This document shows, one piece after another, positions 55,533-64,000 of a DNA stretch of 64,000 nucleotides. Every line of letters begins with the position of its first letter. Position 1 is the first letter of the stretch. The stretch is from IMG/VR virus record IMGVR_UViG_3300023110_001773, positions 32,001-96,000 of that record. One strand, written 5' to 3'. Source of the stretch: a virus. Below the pieces are notes generated by a model. It was not told the origin of the DNA. It searched no databases and saw only the letters and a program-made list of their open reading frames with translations. The position numbers were made by a program, and so were the translations under genes.

Positions 55533-58224
55533 CAAATACTCGGCAGAATATGTAAACAATTTACGCAAGATGGTTCAACAGAACTATACGAAACGCCACA
55601 AGTTTATTTGTTATACCGATGACCCAGATGGAATAGACAAAAATATAACCATTAGATCAATTCCCAGAGTTGACCCACTTCATCCAGACTATTGGTTTGG
55701 CAAAGAGAACTGGTGTTGGGATAGGTCGAAATTCTTAGTATTAAACTCTCACCGATGGTTAAAAACCAAGGGGCCTTTTTGTTATTTAGATTTGGATGTT
55801 GTAATTCAAAACAACATCGATGAAATCTTTGATCTTTCATCTACTCCTCACATGTTGTATTCTCACTGGGAAGACCCCAGAGTACTAAAAGACAGACGTT
55901 TCACTGACATTAGAGGTAGTCTGTACAATTCTAGCGTGATGTTGTGGTGCAATGATGAGGGAGAAAAAATTTACAATGATGTTCTAAAACACAAGAACAC
56001 CGTATTTAAAACCTTTTGGAAGGGAACCGATAACTATTATCCATATCGTGAACACGATGTGGTTGGTGATAATTATTGGTCTTTCCTTCCGTCTGATTGG
56101 GTATACTCTTACAATAGAGGACAACAATATCCAGATAATGTGACAGAACATCTGTATAGAGAAACGGCAAAGTTTTGTATATTTGATAACCCAGTTGTAC
56201 CAAGCAAAGGTCAATTCATAAAACCACATGAAGTCAAAGACTATAACATTCTTATACACTGGCATGGGAAAACTGAGTTTGAAAAACTTTGGATGCCAAA
56301 GTTTCCAGAAAATTTCTTTACTAAAAATAAACACACAGAAAGAATTGATACTCTGATAAATGATGCAAACTCTTACGATCCTTTTGTAAAACAGATTGAA
56401 TCCAGACACCTAGAAACCATCAAAGAACTTGATGGAGACTTGATTTCAATGCACAAGAAATTCTTGGCAGACTTTCCCACCGATCCATTTTTGTTGGACG
56501 GAGATGAATCTTTATACTGGAACAAAGATGTAAATGGAATCTATGATTTCTATAAGGAAAGATATGTTTACAAGATGCACAAGGTTGTCTTTGATGTTCT
56601 TATTGATAAGTTCTACAAGGACTTACCAAAAATAAAAGAGGATTGGGAAAAGTACAACGACAAGTTTGATAGCATTAAGAACTGGTCTCAGTTTGATTCT
56701 ATGACGGATGACACACTAGAAAAAAACTACATGGATCAAAAGATCGTAAGCAGACTCAGACATATGTTGGATGAGAATGATCTGACATCTTTATCAAAAC
56801 AAATGATAGAGTACTTCCCAGAGTTAGAAACTCTGAAAGAGGACACCATTCCAAATATCAAGGAAAAGTTCCCAGAGTTAGAAAAAGAAATTTCAGACTT
56901 CACATTTATTAGAAGAATAGAATCTCATCACAGAAAAATAATTAAAGAGATATATGAAACTGGTGATATGATTTCTATGCACAAAAAGTTTTTGGCTGAT
57001 TTTCCAGAAGACAAGATATTGCAGAACGGAGATCAATCACTGTATTGGAATAAAAACGTTGATGGAATCTATGACTTCTATAAAGAAAGGTATATATCCA
57101 GACAACACAAAATTGTTTATGAAGAAGCAAAAGAATATGGGCCGGTGAGATACTTCTGGAACATCAGCTGGCTACAGTGTTTTGCACTGTATCGTAGACT
57201 GTGGCATAAAAATGAACTGCCAAAAATAAAAAAAGAGTTCATGAAAAATGTTAGAATGTATGGGATGCAAAGATTATTCTGGGATGCAGATGACGGTGAC
57301 ATCCAGAGTTTATACCGCAGATACTACATAGACAATCTAAAAGAGTTGTTCTACAAACAAGATTATGAAGCAGTATTTGAAAGACTGTATAACATCATGC
57401 CAAAGGATGAACTTTTGGGAATCTTGAAACAAGATAACATATCAGACGATACTCTAGTTAAGTATTTCCAAATGCATGGGGAACAGTACTCTGATATGTA
57501 TCGAGGACTATATGAAGATGGAGCCCCAGAAGGAGCCTTGGTTCAATTAAGTAGCAAAAGAAACGATACCAATGACCCGTACAATGATTTATTCTTAACA
57601 GAAAACGAACATACAATCTCATCTATCAGAAAGATTTTCGATAGGTATAGAGTCAATTGGGTTACGCTTATGTGTGAATTGTCAGACCCTACCAAATCAG
57701 AACACTTTGAGGAAATCTGTAAATACTTCCAAGACAATGGGATTACCGTTACGGTTCAAACATATGATCAAACGTTTATCAAACCAACTTGGGTTGATAA
57801 AATAGAATATATCGATCATCCGCAACAGACGGAAAACATTCCCATAGTACAAGAAACTATCGCCAGTGACATCCCCGTAAACTTGGAAACGTTAAAGATG
57901 TTCAAACAAAAGGACGAGGTTCGTAGACCAAAACCAAAGGCGAAGAAGTCCGAGGCAGTCTGGTGCGATGCAAGAAAGAGTGGATATTTTTATGTTAGTG
58001 CTGACAGTGGCGCATATCCGTGTGCCTATATAGCAAGAGATGTATTAGAAAGTAGATTATTACCCTATCATCCACTTGACTACACATACAATTCGCAGTA
58101 TAATAGTTTAAAGAATTTTACTGTTGGCGAGATAATTTATAGTAACGACTTTGAAAATGTTAGTCAGAGTTTAAAAAGAAACCCCCTGACTATTTGTAAT
58201 AAAAAATGCGGAGGGTGTAAGTGA
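55501..58224 (+). CDS. GT-A glycosyltransferase fused to helical repeats and a degenerate radical-SAM/SPASM-like domain
   Basis: KWGNKY, YLDLDV, YNSSVMLW; duplicated ISMHKKFLADFP...YWNK..GIYDFYKERY; C-terminal WC...YPC...CNKKC. Confidence 0.7.
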   Translation: MMHFLCMKWGNKYSAEYVNNLRKMVQQNYTKRHKFICYTDDPDGIDKNITIRSIPRVDPLHPDYWFGKENWCWDRSKFLVLNSHRWLKTKGPFCYLDLDVVIQNNIDEIFDLSSTPHMLYSHWEDPRVLKDRRFTDIRGSLYNSSVMLWCNDEGEKIYNDVLKHKNTVFKTFWKGTDNYYPYREHDVVGDNYWSFLPSDWVYSYNRGQQYPDNVTEHLYRETAKFCIFDNPVVPSKGQFIKPHEVKDYNILIHWHGKTEFEKLWMPKFPENFFTKNKHTERIDTLINDANSYDPFVKQIESRHLETIKELDGDLISMHKKFLADFPTDPFLLDGDESLYWNKDVNGIYDFYKERYVYKMHKVVFDVLIDKFYKDLPKIKEDWEKYNDKFDSIKNWSQFDSMTDDTLEKNYMDQKIVSRLRHMLDENDLTSLSKQMIEYFPELETLKEDTIPNIKEKFPELEKEISDFTFIRRIESHHRKIIKEIYETGDMISMHKKFLADFPEDKILQNGDQSLYWNKNVDGIYDFYKERYISRQHKIVYEEAKEYGPVRYFWNISWLQCFALYRRLWHKNELPKIKKEFMKNVRMYGMQRLFWDADDGDIQSLYRRYYIDNLKELFYKQDYEAVFERLYNIMPKDELLGILKQDNISDDTLVKYFQMHGEQYSDMYRGLYEDGAPEGALVQLSSKRNDTNDPYNDLFLTENEHTISSIRKIFDRYRVNWVTLMCELSDPTKSEHFEEICKYFQDNGITVTVQTYDQTFIKPTWVDKIEYIDHPQQTENIPIVQETIASDIPVNLETLKMFKQKDEVRRPKPKAKKSEAVWCDARKSGYFYVSADSGAYPCAYIARDVLESRLLPYHPLDYTYNSQYNSLKNFTVGEIIYSNDFENVSQSLKRNPLTICNKKCGGCK

Positions 58225-59039
58225 GAGTAAATTATGTATGTTGCAAGTGGGGAACAAAGTATGGCCCGCACTTCGTCAACAGATTAAAAGAAATGGCGAA
58301 AAGAAACACGCCAGAAGAATTTGAATTTTATTTTTATTGTTACACGGACAATTCAGATGGATTTGACTCTGACATCAATGTTATACCATTTCCTGATATT
58401 CCTAATATTCATCCTAAGTATTGGTTTGGGACTGAAGATTTTAAGTATGGTATGGCACGTTGCTGGGATCGTCCTAAAACTTTTGTTTTCAATACTCATA
58501 ATTTTGCTGACGATAAACCTACTGGGCGCTTTGTTTTTTTTGATCTTGATGTTATTATCCAAGGTGATCTTACACCTGTCCTAACATACAACATGGAAAG
58601 ACCCACTAAGATGAAGTCTTGGTGGCAAGACCCAAGACCGATGACCACACGGCAATTTAAATTGGCCCACGGTGCATATACGAATGGTTCTTGTCAAGTG
58701 TGGTCAGATGATCAGTGTGAGTGTATCTGGAATGATGTATTAGAGAATCAAGAAAAAATTTGGTTCACATACACCGATGGAACCGACAACTATCACTCTT
58801 GGAAATGGGGTAGGTACGGCGAAGACTTGTGGGATCACTTCCCTTCTTGGATGGCATACTCATATAACCGTGGTAGGTCATGGGATGAAGATGATTTGAA
58901 CGTTGGAATCTACAGACCAAACTGTATCATATGTGTGTTCAATGTTGATCTTTTGCCTTTTGAAGACAAAAGTAGAGGTCACACAAAACAAGATGAACTC
59001 GCAGACCCTCAACTACTAAAACATTGGACTGGTGAATGA
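58221..59039 (+). CDS. GT-A glycosyltransferase, paralog 3
   Basis: KWGTKY, CYTD, FFDLDV, GTDNY, YSYNRG. Confidence 0.75.
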   Translation: MRVNYVCCKWGTKYGPHFVNRLKEMAKRNTPEEFEFYFYCYTDNSDGFDSDINVIPFPDIPNIHPKYWFGTEDFKYGMARCWDRPKTFVFNTHNFADDKPTGRFVFFDLDVIIQGDLTPVLTYNMERPTKMKSWWQDPRPMTTRQFKLAHGAYTNGSCQVWSDDQCECIWNDVLENQEKIWFTYTDGTDNYHSWKWGRYGEDLWDHFPSWMAYSYNRGRSWDEDDLNVGIYRPNCIICVFNVDLLPFEDKSRGHTKQDELADPQLLKHWTGE

Positions 59040-59710
59040 ATATTTACACTGTTAAATGGGGCAACAAATATATTGCTTCTCATGTAAATCAACTCTATGA
59101 GAGTTGTAAGCAACATATAAGTTGCGACTTTGACTTCTATTGTCTAACAGAAGATTCAAAAGACCTAGACCCCGCTATAAAAGTATTGTCATTTCCAGGC
59201 GGAAACAAACTAGAAAAGTGGTGGAATAAGATGTATCTGTTTGATGATACTATTGTTACACAAAAAGGCGAAAAGATGTTCTTTGACTTGGACGTAATCA
59301 TCCAAAAGAACATCGATGATATTGTAAACTATGATCCAGAAGATTGTCTGTGTTTTGTAAAAACATGGTGGCACGATCTAGAAACACAGTACAGGGACAC
59401 TAGACACATTCCACACAAGTACACTGACTTGAACTCATCTGTGTTGCGCTGGAATGACAGTCTAAATACTAGAGAACTGATCGAATATTTTAACAAGTAT
59501 AAGAAACAAATACTGTGGTACTATCGAGGCCTTGACAACTTCTTCTACAACAGAAGGGTGGTAAAAACAAAAATGTTTCCACTAGGATGGGTGTACAGTT
59601 TTAATCAGGGATATGTTTTTCCGCATGACATAGAAAGACATACATACAGAGAACTACCATATATTTGTATATTTGACTCAATGGGAAAAAGTGAAGATGT
59701 TAAATTCTAA
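59036..59710 (+). CDS. GT-A glycosyltransferase, paralog 4
   Basis: KWGNKY, WWNK, FFDLDV, NSSVLRW, GLDN. Confidence 0.75.
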   Translation: MNIYTVKWGNKYIASHVNQLYESCKQHISCDFDFYCLTEDSKDLDPAIKVLSFPGGNKLEKWWNKMYLFDDTIVTQKGEKMFFDLDVIIQKNIDDIVNYDPEDCLCFVKTWWHDLETQYRDTRHIPHKYTDLNSSVLRWNDSLNTRELIEYFNKYKKQILWYYRGLDNFFYNRRVVKTKMFPLGWVYSFNQGYVFPHDIERHTYRELPYICIFDSMGKSEDVKF

Positions 59711-60380
59711 TTTTATCAACAACTATAAAAACTGGGGCGAAGCTCTACATATTATCGAAAAGAAAATGCCACATAAACTGGCAGACTTCAGACAATCTTT
59801 GTCGGAAAATAATATGGAAGCTAGTGTCTGGTGTGTAGAAGAACTAAAAAAATATCTTGAGGAGTATTACACAAAAACTGGCAACCTAAGAATTCTAATT
59901 CTAAACTCTTGGTTGGGGATTCCTATGGTTCCTCTTCTCTGTGAAAATCTAGACGTATCACAGATTCACATGGTTGACTTGGATGAAGAGTCAATCGAAC
60001 TGTCAAAAATTTTTCATAAACACTACGCCCAAGAAAAATTTGTCAACATCCGTCACTGGAATCTTGATGTACCATTTGAATTTGAAAACTTAAACAAGAT
60101 TGAAGTTGATGTGGTAATTTGTATTCATACTGAACAGATGTATCCTCTGCAAGAACTCAATGGAAAAAATGCACAAGCGGTTTATGCAGTACAGAATTCA
60201 AATGTGGTAGAAGAAATGTACGGTATCAACTGTGTCGGATCAATTGAAGAGCTGAAAGAACAGATGGGAATATCCGAAACTGGATACGAAGGAACAAAAC
60301 AACAGACATACTTCTCTTGGGAAGGAAAGAAAGAATATGATCGTTACATGATCATCGGGCAGAGAGAGGGTTTCTTTTAA
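59697..60380 (+). CDS. Class I SAM-dependent methyltransferase-like protein
   Basis: ILILNSWLG (altered motif I), VDLD, DVVIC..TEQM, RYMIIG. Confidence 0.55.
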   Translation: MLNSNFINNYKNWGEALHIIEKKMPHKLADFRQSLSENNMEASVWCVEELKKYLEEYYTKTGNLRILILNSWLGIPMVPLLCENLDVSQIHMVDLDEESIELSKIFHKHYAQEKFVNIRHWNLDVPFEFENLNKIEVDVVICIHTEQMYPLQELNGKNAQAVYAVQNSNVVEEMYGINCVGSIEELKEQMGISETGYEGTKQQTYFSWEGKKEYDRYMIIGQREGFF

Positions 60381-60982
60381 CCCTCGATGTCCTCTACCAT
60401 CATTTCCCACATAGTTTTGTCGGGAATAACAAACCCTATTGTTTGTCTTGGACTATTTGATCCAGCACAGTGCCAATAGGGTTCTTCCTCTTTACCACCA
60501 TAATATCCAACCTTTGCAGACCAACCAGGCTGGTCATTGATCGTTTTTATTTTACCATCTTCTAGGTGTTTAAAAAATCCACCCCCGTCACTATGAGACA
60601 GAAGTATGTTATAGCCTGGACAATCCCAGTTATTGTGCCAAGACATAAATCCACCTACGGGATAATAAACGTGGACTGCGGTAAACTTTGCACCAAGATA
60701 TGCTGATAGATTTTTGCTGAAGTCTAAAGATTTTTCTCTGGCTTCTTTTGGAACCTTTGCAGTTAGGTGAAAGTCACATACCTTAGCAAACTCTGGCGGG
60801 CCTTTATGTTTGTTTCCCTTTGACATAACTTCATTAAGATATTCTTGAGAGCAATAATATTCCATATCATTGTCTCCAATCCGTCTCTCATCAAAAGATA
60901 GATCAAAGTTTTTTTTGTTGAACCAAACAATGTAGTCTTCAAGAATCTTATTTAATTCTTGATTGATGGTTATGGTTTGCAT
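60377..60982 (-). CDS. 2OG-Fe(II) oxygenase-like protein
   Basis: YYPVGGFMSWHNN, WHCA, R.TIGF. Confidence 0.6.
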   Translation of the reverse strand: MQTITINQELNKILEDYIVWFNKKNFDLSFDERRIGDNDMEYYCSQEYLNEVMSKGNKHKGPPEFAKVCDFHLTAKVPKEAREKSLDFSKNLSAYLGAKFTAVHVYYPVGGFMSWHNNWDCPGYNILLSHSDGGGFFKHLEDGKIKTINDQPGWSAKVGYYGGKEEEPYWHCAGSNSPRQTIGFVIPDKTMWEMMVEDIEG

Positions 60983-61667
60983 TTAAAGTTACTCTTCCCA
61001 ATGTATAATGAGTGATAACAACATCTTGTCCCACAAGTTCTTCTGGTCTTTGACCCATACAAAAGTTCCATCTGGCATCTGGTTCTGGGAACTCACCAAC
61101 TTTTATTTTATCTTTGTGGTCTGTTTTATTTAGTAGATACCACATAGTAAAGGTATCCCAAGGTTTCACCATGTGCGTGTATGGACTAGGATCATAAGAT
61201 GGTTTTATTTGTTCGCAATAATACTCATACCAATCATCCATGAGGTCAACTGTTTTTGCGTTCTTTTTATAAACAAAAACACCACAGTGATAAACCATTT
61301 CTTCCGTATCATTTAGTTTTGTTATTTTAGCATTGTATGGACGATTTTTGGTAAAGATAATATCGTTGTTGCCTATAAAACCAAAGACATCTTTGATATC
61401 TTCATGTTGAATGTAAGTATCACAATCAATATACATGGTGATATCATATGGAGTTCTTGACAAAGCCCACAACTTTGTTCTAACATGATTGGGGATGTCA
61501 GTTATAATATGATCAAAGATTTCGTGGTCTTCTTCTTCAATCCATTCTTCTAGTGCGAATAAAGTTATTCTTGCTTCTGGATTAAAGTCGAGGAGCGAAA
61601 GAGCTGACTCTTTGGCGGCGAGATAATATTCTTTTCTCACCGTTGCAACGTATAGATATCCGTTCAT
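60948..61667 (-). CDS. GT-A (GT8-like) glycosyltransferase
   Basis: TPYDITMYIDCD (DxD), HCGVF, WDT, ITHY. Confidence 0.7.
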   Translation of the reverse strand: MNGYLYVATVRKEYYLAAKESALSLLDFNPEARITLFALEEWIEEEDHEIFDHIITDIPNHVRTKLWALSRTPYDITMYIDCDTYIQHEDIKDVFGFIGNNDIIFTKNRPYNAKITKLNDTEEMVYHCGVFVYKKNAKTVDLMDDWYEYYCEQIKPSYDPSPYTHMVKPWDTFTMWYLLNKTDHKDKIKVGEFPEPDARWNFCMGQRPEELVGQDVVITHYTLGRVTLNANHNHQSRIK

Positions 61668-62101
61668 TCAGAATTAGAGATAGCTTCTTGTAATAAAAGT
61701 GTTGCGTAAGCCTGAACCTCAACAACGGTTTTAGCTTTTCTAAGAAGTTTTTTTAATTCTTTGTTGGGAGATTCTTTGATTAGATCAATCTCAAATGCTT
61801 CAAGTTTCATCTCAAAGAGAGTTTCTTGTTTGATCCGATTGATGTGAACTTCTCTAGCTTCTTCAGCCTTCTTTCGATCTTCATCTAAATTTTCTTCATA
61901 AAGTTTGGTATTCTCATCAAGAACTTCTTCACCAAACTCTTCCATGATATTATCAAAATCTTTATTGACAAGACCCTCTTCTGGGTTGCCAGCATTAATA
62001 TTACATTGATGATATCTTTCTCCGACAAGAATTTCACACCATACTCGGCGAGTTTCTTTATCGACCCATCTAGGATTTTTGTACTTGGGGAGGTCTGACA
62101 T
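61664..62101 (-). CDS. Tail-fibre-assembly-like protein
   Basis: YKNPRW...CEI N-terminus and helical C-terminus; follows fibre genes. Confidence 0.45.
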   Translation of the reverse strand: MSDLPKYKNPRWVDKETRRVWCEILVGERYHQCNINAGNPEEGLVNKDFDNIMEEFGEEVLDENTKLYEENLDEDRKKAEEAREVHINRIKQETLFEMKLEAFEIDLIKESPNKELKKLLRKAKTVVEVQAYATLLLQEAISNSE

Positions 62102-62169
62102 AATATTCCTCATAATGTAAAAAAATAGTGAGTGTCACCACAACACTCACTATTATATATGTCAATTGA

Positions 62170-63144
62170 TTAAGCGGTTCTCAAGAAAAGTTGTTTTGTT
62201 TCTTGTGTAGAAGATGAAGACTGAATCGTAGCACCAGCATAGTAACCAGTATATGTACCAGAATAACTACCAGCATAAGACCCGTTTAAATATCCAGAGA
62301 AGAATCTGTCATAGTAACCAGTATATGTACCAGTATAACCACCCGCATAATTTACATTTGTAATATCTTTGAGGTTGTCTGTCATTGTTCCACCCATTTG
62401 AACCCATGTGCCTGGGTCTGTGGGCGAACCAGTCTGAACAAGATATGTTCCTACACCAGAAGAGATAATTCTGTTTCTAAAACTATTATCCAGCGTTTCT
62501 ACATCAGCAACTGACATTTCTGTGACATTACCAAAGTCATCAGATTTTAACAGGAGATTACTATCAGTACCAGCATTAGTGGTAACACCAGTTTTTTGCC
62601 ACAAATAATATGAGACAGTTGTGCCATCTGTCTGAGTATCAGTGATAGTATATCTAGCAGTCCACGTTCCTCCAGCCGGAGAAGATGTGTCAATTTTATA
62701 CTGACCTACAGTATTAGCATCTTCTGATACCATCGCATTAATAACAATATCTAAAATTTCTGTGTCAATTTCTCCATCACTACTTTCTTCTACTCCAGAC
62801 CCATTCCATCTCAAAGGTCTGGTAGGATTTTCTGATAAAACAGTATTCACCTGACCGAAAGTGTTTGTAGTAGTGCTAATAGCGCCACTTGCTGGATGAG
62901 CTCCAACCGATTCCTGTCTCACTCTATCCGAGAAAGAACCAATGTTAGTAACTCCAGCAGAAAGACTTCCAGTAGTTACTACGAGTTCGGCAGTACCAGT
63001 TCCATCAGTATCAGTTGCAAACTTTGATGTAATAACACCAGCAATTTGGTTTGCAATTTCGGTATTAGTAAGCTCACGAAATCCTTGCAAACCATCTGCG
63101 GCAGCTGGATATGAACCTGCTTTTAGTGTTATTGGGCCAGCCAT
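62170..63144 (-). CDS. Virion structural protein with C-terminal Y-x-G-x repeats
   Basis: T/G/S-rich; YAGGYTGTYTGYY...YAGSYSGTYTGYYAG. Confidence 0.6.
   Translation of the reverse strand: MAGPITLKAGSYPAAADGLQGFRELTNTEIANQIAGVITSKFATDTDGTGTAELVVTTGSLSAGVTNIGSFSDRVRQESVGAHPASGAISTTTNTFGQVNTVLSENPTRPLRWNGSGVEESSDGEIDTEILDIVINAMVSEDANTVGQYKIDTSSPAGGTWTARYTITDTQTDGTTVSYYLWQKTGVTTNAGTDSNLLLKSDDFGNVTEMSVADVETLDNSFRNRIISSGVGTYLVQTGSPTDPGTWVQMGGTMTDNLKDITNVNYAGGYTGTYTGYYDRFFSGYLNGSYAGSYSGTYTGYYAGATIQSSSSTQETKQLFLRTA
62238..62333. repeat. 24-bp exact direct repeat in the YxG region
   Basis: CATAGTAACCAGTATATGTACCAG at 62238-62261 and 62310-62333. Confidence 0.85.
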
Positions 63145-63155
63145 CTATAAACTCC

Positions 63156-64000
63156 TTAGTTAATCAATGTACCACTAGAGTTGAACACAGCGAGTCCACG
63201 ATGTCTGATCCAATCTGTAGTATCTTTGCATGTCAAAGTAAATGTTGTATGTGCGGGCAAAGTTACCGCAACGTTAGAACTTCCGCCATTGATCGTATCA
63301 GATGTATTCGGATACAATTTACAATCGGTTGAAGTTGTGTTAGCAACAACAATAGTAAGTCCAGCTGCAGCAGCAGGAAGTTTTACACCCTGAGAAGAAG
63401 AACCAACAGTAGTAATTGCGTTGAAAGTTTCTGTGAGTGCAGTAGCATCTCCTTGGGAAGTACCAGCAGAAGAAACAGAAGCAGTTACACCAACCTTCAA
63501 GTCTCCAAGAAGTGAAGCAGTACCATTGATAGTAAAGTCTTCCACGTTGTTACCACCAGAACCTACCTGTTGCCAAGCACCAGTTCCAGTACCAACAAAC
63601 TCAGAACCATTGTCTGTCACCAGTTCAACGGCTGCGTTTGCGGCGCCACCATCAATGGTCTCAGTAGAAGTGGGATAAACTTTGATAGTAGCACCACTAG
63701 TATTGTAGATATTGATGATCAAACCAGCAGCAGCTGAGGGAAGTACAACACCTTGATTCGCAGAAGCGGTTTCGACAATATTATAAGTTTTTGTGATTGC
63801 AGTTGCAGTTCCCTGAGTAGTACCAGCAGCTGTAACAGAAGCAGCAATGCCAAATGTTACATTTCCAGTAGCACTTAGAGTACCAAAAGAAGCGTTATCA
63901 CCAGACTCATATTTGTCGTTGTTTAGGTTGGTAAAGTTTGTATCCACTTCGGTGTTAGTAAGTGGAGACCCTTTTGCTGACCTTAAAGTAATCGTAGCCA
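63156..64000 (-). CDS. Fibre-like structural protein with a tandem duplicated domain; start codon cut by the window edge
   Basis: (M)ATITLRSAKGSPLTNTEVDTNF; two copies of ASV..AGT.QG.ATA...GV.LP.AAAGL...YP. Confidence 0.7.
   Translation of the reverse strand, partial: ATITLRSAKGSPLTNTEVDTNFTNLNNDKYESGDNASFGTLSATGNVTFGIAASVTAAGTTQGTATAITKTYNIVETASANQGVVLPSAAAGLIINIYNTSGATIKVYPTSTETIDGGAANAAVELVTDNGSEFVGTGTGAWQQVGSGGNNVEDFTINGTASLLGDLKVGVTASVSSAGTSQGDATALTETFNAITTVGSSSQGVKLPAAAAGLTIVVANTTSTDCKLYPNTSDTINGGSSNVAVTLPAHTTFTLTCKDTTDWIRHRGLAVFNSSGTLIN

Overview
The window is a 64 kb piece of a lytic T4-like myovirus genome. It is probably marine or aquatic, and its IscU/IscA and sigma70-type promoters suggest a proteobacterial host (inference). 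Almost everything is on the minus strand. From right to left it holds: fibre/appendage genes; a plus-strand cassette of four paralogous glycosyltransferases and a methyltransferase-like gene; the neck/tail/head block (gp13-gp23, gp3); uvsY/uvsW; gp55; a candidate DNA-modification cassette; gp47/46; auxiliary genes (def, iscU, iscA, CobT/CobS-like pair, peroxiredoxin, TauD-like, hsp20); the replisome (gp45, 44, 62, regA, gp43, uvsX, gp41); spanins and holin; early small ORFs; tRNA-Arg(UCU); and a late cluster of enzymes with capsid-targeting-like N-termini plus lysozyme. Top observations: (1) a terminator-like hairpin at 21173-21223 whose CU-rich loop is antisense to the GA-rich ribosome-binding leaders of three early operons, which also share promoter and IHF-box motifs (candidate early-gene shut-off RNA); (2) a late cluster of kinase, nucleotidyltransferase and ligase-like proteins that look virion-packaged and gp21-processed; (3) an inverted glycosylation cassette among the fibre genes, including a GT fused to a cysteine-less radical-SAM-like domain; (4) a TagD-like plus GT-B cassette at the T4 alpha-gt position; (5) a ROSE-like thermometer upstream of hsp20. 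All product calls come from motif recognition and T4 synteny. No database search was run.
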